Shown here piece after piece: positions 1 to 12,315 of a DNA stretch of 64,000 nucleotides. The stretch lies in NCBI RefSeq assembly GCF_963921235.1, contig NC_086101.1, forward strand, positions 8,620,001 through 8,684,000, in the 5' to 3' direction. The notes below the pieces were generated by a model. The model saw nothing but the letters and a program-made list of their open reading frames with translations, made no database searches and was not told where the DNA came from. The position numbers were made by a program, and so were the translations under genes. Origin of the DNA: Mobula hypostoma. Lineage: Eukaryota. How positions within the stretch are numbered: the stretch's first letter is position 1; the number at the start of each line of letters is the position of its first letter.

Positions 1-341
1 ATGGGGCCAGCAACTACTTCCTCTAAAAGCCCGGAGCTACAGGAATGTGACAAATCTCCAAAGGCCTCATCCCTGGGAGAGGAAAGATCTTCAAAGATGA
101 GCTACACCTGGGGACCACTTGAAAGAGTGGTCCAGGAGAGGACTCGGGTCTGGGCTCCAGTAATGGGTGATGGGCCCAGTAGGGGTAGGTAAGTATATAG
201 GCACACAATGTGCAGAGAATGGAGAGCATGGGCCTTGTTTAGGCAGAAGGTATTAGTTTAATTGGGCATTTAATCACCTGTTTAATTAGTTGGGCACAAT
301 ACTGAAGGGCCTGTTCCTTTGTTGTACTGTTCGATGATCCA

Positions 342-452
342 CGTTCTGTGTTCTGTGTTCCATGTTCGTGTTCCATGTTCCGTGTTCTGTGTTCCATGTT
401 CGTGTTCCATGTTCCGTGTTCTGTGTTCCATGTTCCGTGTTCTGTGTTCTAT
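342..452. repeat. ~7-bp degenerate tandem repeat (GTTCTGT/GTTCCAT)
   Basis: Directly visible. It looks like an expanded LINE tail. Confidence 0.85.
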
Positions 453-624
453 GAAAGAATTGCTCTATGAGGAAAGGCTAGACTATCTCAGTGTCAGGAG
501 ATAGGACAGATGCCCTGTGATGAGTAGTATTAAAACCTAGAGAATAATTTTGACCCAACATCCCAAGCCGGAATCACGGGAGTTATTGGGTTAGATTTCC
601 AGTTTGCCTGAACCACTCCTTGCC

Positions 625-1025
625 TCTGCTAGCCTGCAGGTCACTTTTGGGCAAGGTGCACCACCTGCTTAGCTGCCCCCCACCCCCCCCCAACCCCGGG
701 ATCAGCATCATGTGAAGCTATGGGAGCAGATCGCACGCACAACATGCTGGAGGAACTCAGCAGGTCGGGCAGCATCTGTGGAGACGAACAGTCAACGTTT
801 CAGGCCAAGACCCTTCGTCAGGATGGTGCCTATCACAAGCCCTGGTTATGCAACCACTGATGTCAGACAATCTCTGAAGAGTATCGGTAATGGCTGACGT
901 CACTTTCCTGGTAAAGAACTGCCCAGAAGGCAATGGCAAAGCACTTCTGTAGAAAAAATTGCCAAGAACAATCATTGTCATGAGACCATGATCGCCCATG
1001 TTATGCAACATGATACATCATAATG
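625..1025 (+). mobile_element. RTE-related non-autonomous element/SINE
   Basis: Contains AGAAGGCAATGGCAAA (BovB/Bov-A-like motif). Other copies lie near 4535-4870(-), 23215-23600(-) and 37070-37392(+). This copy is interrupted by a Penelope-derived piece at about 733-825. Confidence 0.55.
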
Positions 1026-2289
1026 ATGTTGATCCCGCCTTACTTTTCCCTCATGCTGACAGTAAAATTGGGTGGAATGGTAAAAACAAAGCAACTATGG
1101 TCCTGTCCAGTTCCCCATGGCCAACTGGAGTCAGCTTGGGTTCGTCTTCTTGGCTTGACCACCATGAGCTTGAGGTAGGAAGCAGAGTCTGTAGTGTTCT
1201 GTTGCTCAGACAGGTTTAGATTTGTGCAAGTCAATCCCAGAACCTAATTGTTGAAGGGAAATCACTCTTTTCACTGCCTTGTGTAATTTTTGAATAATTT
1301 ATGTTCTGTGCTGTCATCAGAATCAGGTTTATTCTCAATGAGATATAATATCATGATATCAAAATGCAAATGTGTATATTTAAAATATGTAAATTATAAT
1401 TCAATTATGTGAATATATAAATACAAAAAATGTATTAATTAGTGCAAAGAGAGCATAAAGTGAAGAGGGGCTGATGGTCTGTTCAGAAATCTGGTGGTGG
1501 AGGGGAAGTAGCTGTTCCTGAAATACGGAGTGTGTGCCTTCAGGCTCCTGTACCTCCTCCACCCTGATCGTGGAAATGAATCTTCCTGTGATGCTGCAAG
1601 TAAGTTTTACCCTGTACCAGACCCTTCTTCATTCTGTGTGCATGACAACAAACTCAACTTGATTTGAAGCTTCTCTGTTGAACTGATAAAGGAGAAAAGA
1701 CCAGGCAGTAGGGCCTGGGTAAGCAGGGACTCAAGCCAACTTTGTGTTTAACACTGTTCAGCAGGACATCCCCTTTTCTACCCCTACTGAACTTCCCCAC
1801 CCCCTCCAACCCTCAGAACAGAGAATCTGCCTCTGCATCACTTACTGGCTGGTGAACTTTGTTCCCTCGAGAACCTGGAGTCGGACTACAGGACTGGGCT
1901 TCTGTTGACAGAGGGTCAGCTATGAGCAGTAGCTAAGCCACGTCCCACCACGTCCCGGCACAAATCAGACCACCCGCAGCAAAGCCCCATCCCCTCCTCT
2001 CGGGAAAATGGCCATGGGAAGGTTTACTCATAAGACATAGAAACTGAATTCAGCCATTTGGCCCAATGGATCTGCCCCACCACTCAAAACAGCTGATTTA
2101 TTAACCCTCTCAACACCATTCTCTTGCCTTCTCCCTGTAACCTTTGACACCCTGACTAACCAAAAACATCAACTTCCTCCAAATGTCTTAGCCTCCACAG
2201 CCTTATGTGGCAATGAATTCTACAGATTCACTGCCCACTTGCTGAAGAGATGCTTCCTCATCTCTGTTCTCAAGGGACGTCCTCCTATT

Positions 2290-3892
2290 GAAGGGATTGA
2301 AGGCAGATAAATCCCCAGGGCCAGATGGTCTGCATCCTAGAGTGCTTAAGGAAGTAGCCCAAGAAATAGTGGATGCATTAGTGATAATTTTTCAAAACTC
2401 GTTAGATTCTGGACTAGTTCCTGAGGATTGGAGGGTGGCTAATGTAACCCTACTTTTTAAAAAAGGAGGGAGAGAGAAACCGGGGAATTATAGACCGGTT
2501 AGCCTAACGTCGGTGGTGGGGAAACTGCTGGAGTCAGTTATCAAGGATGTGATAACAGCACATTTGGAAAGCGGTGAAATGATTGGACAAAGTCAGCATG
2601 GATTTGTGAAAGGAAAATCATGTCTGACGAATCTCATAGAATTTTTTGAGGATGTAACTAGTAGAGTGGATAGGGGAGAACCAGTGGATGTGGTATATTT
2701 GGATTTTCAAAAGGCTTTTGACAAGGTCCCACACAGGAGATTAGTGTGCAAACTTAAAGCACACGGTATTGGGGGTAAGGTATTGGTGTGGGTGGAGAAT
2801 TGGTTAGTAGACAGGAAGCAAAGAGTGGGAATAAACGGGACCTTTTCAGAATGGCAGGCGGTGACTAGTGGGGTACCGCAAGGCTCAGTGCTGGGACCCC
2901 AGTTGTTTACAATATATATTAATGACTTGGATGAGGGAATTAAATGCAGCATCTCCAAGTTTGCGGATGACACGAAGCTGGGTGGCAGTGTTAGCAGTGA
3001 GGAGGATGCTAAGAGGATGCAGGGTGACTTGGATAGGTTGGGTGAGTGGGCAAACTCATGGCAGATGCAATTTAATGTGGATAAATGTGAAGTTATCCAC
3101 TTTGGTGGCAAAAATAGGAAAACAGATTATTATCTGAATGGTGGCCAATTAGGAAAAGGGGAGGTGCAACGAGACCTGGGTGTCATTATACACCAGTCAT
3201 TGAAAGTGGGCATGCAGGTACAGCAGGCGGTGAAAAAGGCGAATGGTATGCTGGCATTTATAGCGAGAGGATTCGAGTACAGGAGCGGGGAGGTACTACT
3301 GCAGTTGTACAAGGCCTTGGTGAGACCACACCTGGAGTATTGTGTGCAGTTTTGGTCCCCTAACCTGAGGAAAAACATCTTTGCCATAGAGGGAGTACAA
3401 AGAAGGTTCACCAGATTGATTCCTGGGATGGCAGGACTTTCATATGAAGAAAGACTGGATGAACTGGGCTTGTACTCGTTGGAATTAAGAAGACTGAGGG
3501 GGGATCTGATTGAAACGTATAAGATCCTAAAGGGATTGGACAGGCTAGGTGCAGGAAGATTGTTCCCGATGTTGGGGAAGTCCAGAACGAGGGGTCACAG
3601 TTTGAGGATAGAGGGGAAGCCTTTTAGGACCGAGATTAGGAAAAACTTCTTCACACAGAGAGTGGTGAATCTGTGGAATTCTCTGCCACGGGAAACTGTT
3701 GAGGCCAGTTCATTGGCTATGTTTAAGAGGGAGTTAGACATGGCCCTTGTGGCTACAGGGGTCGGGGGTATGGAGGGAAGGCTGGGGCGGGGTTCTGAGT
3801 TGGATGATCAGCCATGATCATAATAAATGGCGGTGCAGGCTCGAAGGGCCGAATGGCCTACTCCTGCACCTATTTTCTATGTTTCTATGTTT
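2290..3892 (+). mobile_element. 5'-truncated CR1, same young subfamily; RT ORF largely intact
   Basis: 509-aa ORF almost identical to the 40-44 kb copy, with a TTTCTATG tail. CTATT flanks it at 2285-2289 and 3893-3897. It is inserted into an older minus-strand CR1 (about 2030-4010). Confidence 0.93.
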
Positions 3893-6439
3893 CTATTCTG
3901 AGGCTGTTCCCTCTGATTTTAGACTCCCCATTTAGAGGAAACATCCTGTCCTGTCCACTCTACCTAGGGCTTTCAATGGTCAATAGGGTTCAAGCAGATC
4001 CTCCCCCCTTTCTCCTTTCAGATCAGCCCCAACTTGGGAGTTTAGGACATGAAAGAAACCCTCTGCTCTCTCTGGGAAGTCAAGGTCCCAGCGGAGGTGT
4101 GGACCTCCCTCACAGCCACAGGCAGGAATCTCTGAGCTTTGGAGTAATATGGCCAGAATCCTGTCTTCAGCTCCAGTCTCCCTTTTACTGAAAGGATACA
4201 AGATTCAGGATATATTGTCATTCTTCAGTACACGAGTGTAAAGGAGATTAAACAATGCAGCAGAAAAAAACACAACAAGCATAAAGAACAGAATAAAAAC
4301 AAAAAGCACAACAATATAAATATAAAATCAATTTGATAAAACAGTGTGCAATTCTCTTCTCATTGCTACCATCAAGTAGGACGTACAGGGATCTGAATAC
4401 ACTCATTCAACATTTTACGAACAGCTTCTTCCCCTCCATGATTAGATTAATGAATGAGCAATGAACCCATGAACACTACATCACTATTTCCCCTGCCTTT
4501 TTGCACTTCTTATTTAATGTTCATGTATTACAATCATCATTATGTGCCATGTCGTATGACATAGGCAGTCATGCTCTTTCCACGACCATGATAGTTCTTG
4601 GCAATTTTTCTACAGACGTGGTTTGTCATTGCCTTTTTCTGGGCAGTGTCTTTACAAGATGGGTGATCCCAGCCATTATAAGAGATTGCCTGGTGTCAGT
4701 GGTCATGTAACCAGGACTTGTAATGTGCACCAGCTGCTCATATGACCATCCACCACCTGCTCCCATGGCTTCATTTAACCCTGATCAGGGACTAAGTGGG
4801 TGTTACACCTTGGCTAGGGGGAGGGGAGGAGCATCTTGGTGCATTGGTGGAGATGTATTTCCAACCCCTCACCCAGATTGTATGTACATAAAGAGACGCT
4901 AAGTGATGTGGTGGTTGGGTGGGTGGGACAAGTTAATGAGCGGAGGTGTTGATCAGCCTGTTGGCTTGGGGGAAGTAACTGTTTTTGAGTCTAGTGGTCC
5001 TGAAGTGGATCCTGAAGTGGAGACTGTAGGGAAAAAAAATCACAGGAAAGTTGTTTGGACTGACGGTTTGAGTTATGAAGAGAAAATGGATAGGCTGGGA
5101 CTGTTTTCCCTGGAGTGAAGAAGGCTGGGGTGACCTTATAGAGGTTTATGAACTCATGAAATAAGAAAAATATTCACAATTTTTCTTCAAGATAAGGGAA
5201 TCTAAGATCTGAGGGCATAGGTTTAAGGTGAGAGAGGAAAGATTTAAAGAATTCCTGAAGGAGCAAGATGTTCACACAGAGAGCAGTTGGATGTTTCCTA
5301 TAGTGGAGGAGTCAACGATCAGAGAGCACAGCCTCAGAATACAGGGGCATCCATTGTGAACAGAGCTGAGGAGGAATTTCTTAAGACAAAGTTGGTGAAT
5401 CTGTAGAATTCATTGCCACAGTCGACTGTGGAAGGTATTTCTAAAGTCAGCCATGATAGAATGTGGGAGCATGCTCGATGGCCTAATTCTGCTCCTTTGT
5501 CCGATGTCTTATGGGTGTATAGAGCGAATTACGACCGGTGGTGGTAAATGGGGGTGTAATTACAATGTTCAAAAGACATTTGGGTAGGAAAGGTTCAAAA
5601 GGCTATGGGTCAAAAGGAGGTAAAGGGGATTAGCGTGGATCAGCATCGTGGTTGACATGTGTAAATTGTGCCGGATAGTCTGTTTCCGTGCTGTATCGCT
5701 CTGGGATAATGAACTCCGAAGGCAAGGGAGTGCGTATCACCACGTACTGCTCAGCCTTGCGAAGAAGGCGCGCCAGCGGCTCGACTTCGTTGGGGAATTT
5801 GGTATGTCAGCAAAGACGCTTGCAAATTTCTCCAGATGAGCTTGGGAGAGTATTCTGACCGGCTGCATCGCAGCCAGCTATGCGGACTCCAATGCACAGG
5901 ATCGCAGGCGGCTTTGGAGGGTTGTGACTCGGCCGACTTCACCACGGGCGCAACCACCCATAGAGGACATCTTCCAAAAGGCGGCATTAATCATGCAGGA
6001 TCCCCGCCATCTGGGACATACTCTCGTCTCATTACTCCCACCGGGGAGGAGATACGGGAGCGGAGAGAACGCCTGAAGATATTCGGTCAACATTTTAAGA
6101 ACAATTGCTTCCCCTCTGCTGCCCGGTTTCTGAACGGTCCATGAGCCGTGAACGCACTGCGTTATTCGTTTTCTTTACTCCATTTATTTATAGTTTCCAA
6201 ATTATAGTATTTTTATATATTTACATTTTACCACGCATTTCTTATCATACAAGTCAGGGACAATACATCAAATTCTGATTGTTATTCAGTACAGATCAGG
6301 ACTTAGTTTACACGAAGCCTGACAAATCAGTTCAGGAAGCAGCTATGTAACTATGAGAGAGTGGGACTTCGTATTTTGAAATGCGGTTATTAATAATTCT
6401 ATCCCCCTTTGCCTTCAGGCAAATTCAGCTCCCCCCTCC

Positions 6440-7260
6440 TACGTACCCACCCAGCTCAAAGCGCCCAATGAAATGATAAGTACGTGGGTGGGCGAGGGTT
6501 TAAATTGACAGAGAAACATGGACCGGCGACTGCGGATTAGAGATCGCGGAGGGACGGTCCTCTGTCTGCCCAGACAGCCTCGCCTCCCAGCGGGGAACTC
6601 CACCGGCCGGGGGAATTCAGGAGAGCTCTGGGCCCTGCCTGCGCCGAGAGTACCCCTCAGTGCCGCTGTTCGCTGCCGAACCGCCGGCTGCCTCCCGCAC
6701 TCTGGTGCTGGAGCGATGCGGGAGGGTCAGCCGGGACAAGCACTGGACGCCGTGGCTCGCCAGCGGGGTGGACGCAGCGCTCTGCTGCCTTGCCACCAGG
6801 AGATGGCGAAGGTGGGGTCCAAAACACTGGTGATCCTCCTTCTGTGGTGCGCGGCCCTGACAGTTGCCTTCGTGGGGATGACTGGTTACCTGCTGATAGC
6901 TGGCGACTGCAGGAAGGTAGGTGGACACCCCACCCTCGCCTTTCAACATCTCTGATGGGATCCTCTGCTTCCTACCCAGCCTCCCCCCTTCGACCCAACG
7001 GTTCGCGACCGTCCACCGTCCGTAGGGGAGGTGGGAGCATAATTCCGAACCTCTTTGCATACCCCTAACTCCTCTGCCCTCCCGCCGCTCCCTCGTTGTC
7101 AAAGCCGGGATCCCGGAGTGGAATTCCCTGCCAGAGCTCCGGGAGTGCGGTTTGAACCAACGAGGCTGCCTGGCTCCTCAATAGAGGATAGGGGCAGTGA
7201 AAAGTTGACCTGGGAAACGGGCTCGCCTCGGTTACGGTGAAGACCCCACCCTGATCTGTC
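6440..7260 (+). promoter_or_regulatory. CpG island / putative TNFSF promoter
   Basis: Non-repetitive CpG-dense block over exon 1. CCAAT at 6465, TATA-like TTTAAA near 6499, and a kB-consensus GGGGAACTCC at 6592-6601. Confidence 0.6.
6716..6916 (+). CDS. TNFSF exon 1 (cytoplasmic tail plus type II transmembrane helix)
   Basis: Reads MREGQPG...[32 protein letters not shown], followed by donor AAG|GTAGGT (phase 0). It lies in a CpG island. An in-frame upstream ATG exists at 6518 and a downstream one at MAKV. Confidence 0.75.
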
Positions 7261-10200
7261 AAGGGAAGGAGATGTTGGAGGCCAGATCCCATTCAAAACT
7301 CGTGTCTATCTCTGTCCCTATCTATCTTTTCCAATGCCTCCGTCTCTAGAACATATAATTCTTTATCTCTCTCTCTTCCCCTCTATTTATCTCTCTTTCT
7401 GTGCCCCTTTATCTATATCTTTCTACTTTTGTTTCTCTATCGCTCTCATTCACAATTAAACTGGTTAGCCTCCAGACATCACCCGGCATTTGAAATCCAT
7501 GAAGCAGGAAGGCAAGACAGCGGCTATACTTTATTAAGAGTTTGAAAAGATTTGGCATGTCAACAAACACACTCAAAAACTTCTATAGTTGTACCGTGGA
7601 GAGCATTCTGACAGGCTGCATCACTGTCTGGTATGGAGGGGCTACTGCACAGGACCGAAAGAAGCTGCAGAGGGTTGTAAATCTAGTCAGCTCCATCTTG
7701 GGCACTAGCCTACAAAGTACCCAGGACATCTTCGGGGAGCGGTGTCTCAGAAAGGCGGTGTCCATTATTAAGGACCTCCAGCACCCAGGGCATGCCCTTT
7801 TCTCACTGTTACTATCAGGTAGGAGGTACAGAAGCCTGAAGGCACACACTCAGTGATTCAGGAACAGCTTCTTCCCCTCTGCCGTCCGATTCCTAAATGG
7901 ACATTAAAGCTTTGGAACCTACCTCACTTTTTAAATATACAGTATTTCTGTTTTTGCACATTATTTTAAATCTATTCAATATACGTAATTGACTTACTTG
8001 ATTATCTATTATTATGTTTTATTCTATTATTATTATTATTTTCTCTCTACTAGATTATGTACCGCATTGAACTGTTGCTGCCAGATTAACAAATTCCACG
8101 TCATATGCCGGTGATAAACTTAATTCTGATTGTTTAGGAAGTTCTTCGACTTTCTCCCTTGAATCCCAGGAAAGGCGAGGGCTTTACTCCTTGGACAGGT
8201 GTCCGTATCATGACAAAGAATGGGACAAAATAACGCTGGCAGGCAAGATTAAGGAAATTCCCAGGGCATTTGATGAATACATTAAGGAGAAGGAGTGTAG
8301 AATACTGTGGGTGCCCTTATGAAATAGTCATAGTTATACTTTATTGATCCCGAAGGATCAATAAATCATGAGAGGTATAGATAGGGTAAGTCTTAGGTTC
8401 GGAAATCAAAAACGAGAGGGCGCAGGTTAAAAGTTTGAGGGAAAAGATTTAATTAGAACTTGAGGGACAATATTTCTTTCACAGAGAATAGTTCATCTAT
8501 TGAATAAGCTGCCCGTGGAAGTGATTGATGCAGGCGCAGTAATTTCTAATAGACAGTTAGACAGGTTCACGGATGGGAAAGGTTCAGAAGGTTATTGAGC
8601 AAATGCTGGCAAATGGGATGACCTTAGATTGGGCATCTTGGTAGGTGTGGACCTGTTGCGCCGAAGGGTCTGTTTCTGGACTCTATCGTCTCACCCCGCC
8701 CGCCTGATCTCTGTGGCCTACACAATTCCCCTGGGTTTTCCGTTTCTCCGCGCCTTCAGCCGCTCCAATTCCTGGAATCCGCTCCCTTGACCTCTCCACC
8801 TTGGCTGAAACCGCAGAAGGTGCCGGCCCTTCCCTGGGGTTTACCACGGGTTACTGGTCCGGACAATCAGTTTCGCACTCTGGGGTGGGGACCGGGACTT
8901 GTTCGGTCTCCATTCACCAGGTGGTCCTCAGCTGAGCCCAGGGATAATGCGGGGTGGGTGGGGGGGAGTAAATGCAGTCGTTGCTGTGGTAGCTCAATAT
9001 TCAAGAGTGCTTCCCGTACACAAATGGAAAGGAAAACAGAATAATTGTTATCACGAGATTCCGCAGATGCTGGAAATCCAGAATAGCGCGCGCAAAATGC
9101 GGAAGGAATTCAGCAAGTCGAGCAGCATCCAAGGGAATTAATAAACGGCCGACGTTCCGGCCCAAGACCCTTGATCAGACTTGCTAAGTTATTCATTTCT
9201 AGTCTGGGGTGCTGAAGAAGGCTCTCGGCCCGAAGAGTCGACTGTTTACTCTTTTCTATGGACGCTGCCAGGCCCGCTGAGTTCCTCCAGCATTTTGTGT
9301 GTGTTGCTTCATTTCTAAATGCTGGTTTACCTGTGAAATACTGTAATTGTTACTCCGGATCCGATGCAATACAAAACAGCCACAGTAAGATAAATAGCCC
9401 AGTAAATATAACTATACATTGATTGTTGATAGGAAATTATAAAGTAGTGGTGGTTGAGGCTGTGGAGGGGTGGGTTAGTCAGTGGGTGGAGGTGTTGATC
9501 AGTCTTGTCTGCTTGGGGACAGTAACTGTTTTTGAGACTGGTAGTTCTGGCGTGGATGCTACGTTGCCTTTTTCCCCACTAGAAATAGCCCAGAGTTCCA
9601 CAGTGTGGCGATGAGCCTTGACCTCTGAACCGCCTCCCCAATTCAGAAAACTCTGACTCCACAGAGTTTTTGAAAAAATCCCAACCCTGGTGTTTTTGTC
9701 TCCTGGTGATAGGTGGGTACTCTGTGATGGGACATCCCTGGAGAACTGAGCAAGTGGACCGTGCAGTCGGGGCGGGCCTGGGTTTGCACAGCGGAGCCAG
9801 CCGTCTCCCTGTCTTCCTGCAGTCATCTCTTTCTCTGGCTGTCCATCCGTATATCTATTGTTTTCACCGTGTTTCTCCATCACTCTGTTTCTCTGAATCT
9901 CGATTTCACCTCGTTATTGCCATCCGTTTATCTTTTCGTTATCAGTATCTGCCCTTCTCAGTTTTCTGCCATTCACTGTCCATTTATTTATCTCCCCTTC
10001 CTTCTGGCACGTTCTCTCTAAAGTTGGCACACTCTTTACCAAGCTGTCTTTCTTCATCTCATCCTAACAATCCTTTTTCTTTCGCTCTGTTAAGTGTCTA
10101 GTTCTGTCCACCGTGCTATTTCCAAGCATTTCCCTGTATTTCTGCTCCTCATCTCTCTCCTGTCCTTTCTCCATCCCCATCTGTCTCCCTCTTTCTATTT

Positions 10201-12232
10201 ATCTCTCTGTCTCTCTCTCAATCCTGATGAAGGGTCTCGGCCCGAAACGTTAACTCTTTATTCCCATCCATAAATGCTGCCTGACCTGTTGAGCTCCTTC
10301 AGCACATTGTGTGTATCTCTCGATCAACCCTAGTCTGCCTCACCCCTCTCTTTTCCCTCTCCCTTTCTCGCTACCACGCTCCCATTTTTCTTCCTCTGCC
10401 CCTTCCCCGTCTCCTTGACTTGCTCCCTCTCTCCATGCACCTATTTTTCTCCTTCTCCCCCTCCCTCTCTTTTTCCCACCTCTCGCCCTCCCCCTCCCTT
10501 CCGTCCTGTGTCTTATTGCTCGCTGCCTCTCAAAACAAGGCCTTGGTGAGACCACACCTGGAGTATTGTGTGCAGTTTTGGTCCCCTAATCTGAGGAAAG
10601 ACATCCTTGCCATAGAGGGAGTACAAAGAAGGTTCACCAGATTGATTCCTGGGATGGCAGGACTTTCATATGATGAAAGACTGGATGAACTGGGCTTGTA
10701 CTCGTTGGAATTTAGAAGATTGAGGGGGGAATCTGATTGAAACGTATAAAATCCTAAAGGGATTGGACAGGCTGGATGCAGGAAGATTGCTCCCGATGTT
10801 GGGGAAGTCCAGAACAAGGGGTCACAGTTTGAGGATAAAAGGGAAGCCTTTTAGGACTGCAATTAGGAAAAACTTCTTCACACAGAAAGTGGTGAATCTG
10901 TGGAATTCTCTGCCACAGGAAACAGTTGAAGCCAGTTCATTGGCTATATTTAAGAGGGAGTTAGATATGGCCCTTGTGGCTACAGGGATCAGGGGGTATG
11001 GAGGGAAGGCTGGGGCGGGGTTCTGAGTTGGATGATCAGCCATGATCATAATAAAAGGCGGTGCAGGCTCGAAGGGCCGAATGGCCTACTCCTGCACCTA
11101 TTTTCTATGTTTCTAAAACACACCCATTTTCCTCCTTCGCCCCTCTCCCTCTCTCAAGTAGAGAGTAGCTGTCTCTCTCCGCCCCGCCCTCCAGTTTTCA
11201 CTTCAGGTTGCGTGGTTGTCGGCCACTCTCTCGCTTCCTTGGTGAGACTGAGTAGCAGGCGAGGCCCGCATCTACTCCCGATGGTCTCCGCCCGGGGACG
11301 AGCCAAGCTCCACCCGTGGGTGGCTCCAGGTAGGCCCACACCGTCCGTGCTCCCATTTTTCGTGTGGAATCGAGCCACGCCGGAAACACGGGGCTGAATC
11401 CGCGACCCGGCACCGCGGGGTCCACGGAGAGGCCGAGAACGGCCGTCGCGGGATGACGCCAGCACAGAAGGAGTTAAACTCCCGAGTGTGGGTCAGGGCT
11501 GAGGGGAGGTTTTCCGAGAGGAACCGCCCTGAGAGACGAGTCACACAGCTCAGTGCCTCAGACTATTTATCTCTGTGCTCACGGCCAGCAGTCAATCTGG
11601 ATCTCGGCCCAAGCTGTCTAGGGAACAAACCCACACCCAAAGGCTGGCAGAGAGCTGGAACCCGCTCCCCACGGGGGGCCAGGTTCCTAAATCACTCTGG
11701 AAGAGTCGTCAGCGCCCGAGTCGAAAGGGAGCGTGAGCACGGACGGGATCGGGAGCGTTGGGCCGAACGGCCTCTGTCTGCAGAACGGCTTGAATGGGTT
11801 GAAGTCCCCCTCGCTGCTGTGAGTGCTGGAGGGTGACCCTGTCGTCTTTGATGGGGGAGGGCCGAGTGGTTGAGCAAGGAGTCAGGGGTGGAGAGCAGAG
11901 CAGGGGCACTCAGGGAAAAAAAAGCAGAGAGGAGGGGGGGTAACAATCGCATTCAGAGAGCCAGCCTGCTGAATGAGGGAGAGGCAAGAAAGAGTGAGAG
12001 TGCAGGATCAGAGGGAATGCCACAGATAGAGGAAGAAGGATAGAAGATTAAGGGTGAATTTTATTTGTCACATACATTGAAACATAGTGCAAATGTCAAA
12101 TCCAATCAGCGAGAATTGTGCTGGGGCAACACAGCATGCCATGCACACAAAATGCTGGAGGAGCTCAGCAGGCCAGGTAGCATCAAGGAAAAGAATACAG
12201 TCCACGCTGTCAGTGGTGGAGGGAGAGGGCAT

Positions 12233-12315
<83 letters not shown>

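Noticed and set aside
6518..6715. Longer N-terminus from ATG 6518
   Set aside because: The frame is open, but it lies only about 15 nt from the TATA-like element and overlaps promoter-like motifs. ATG 6716 is preferred, though 6518 is not excluded.
11692..11952. Signal-peptide-like [18 protein letters not shown]
   Set aside because: It derives from low-complexity purine-rich sequence, with no domain or supporting exons.
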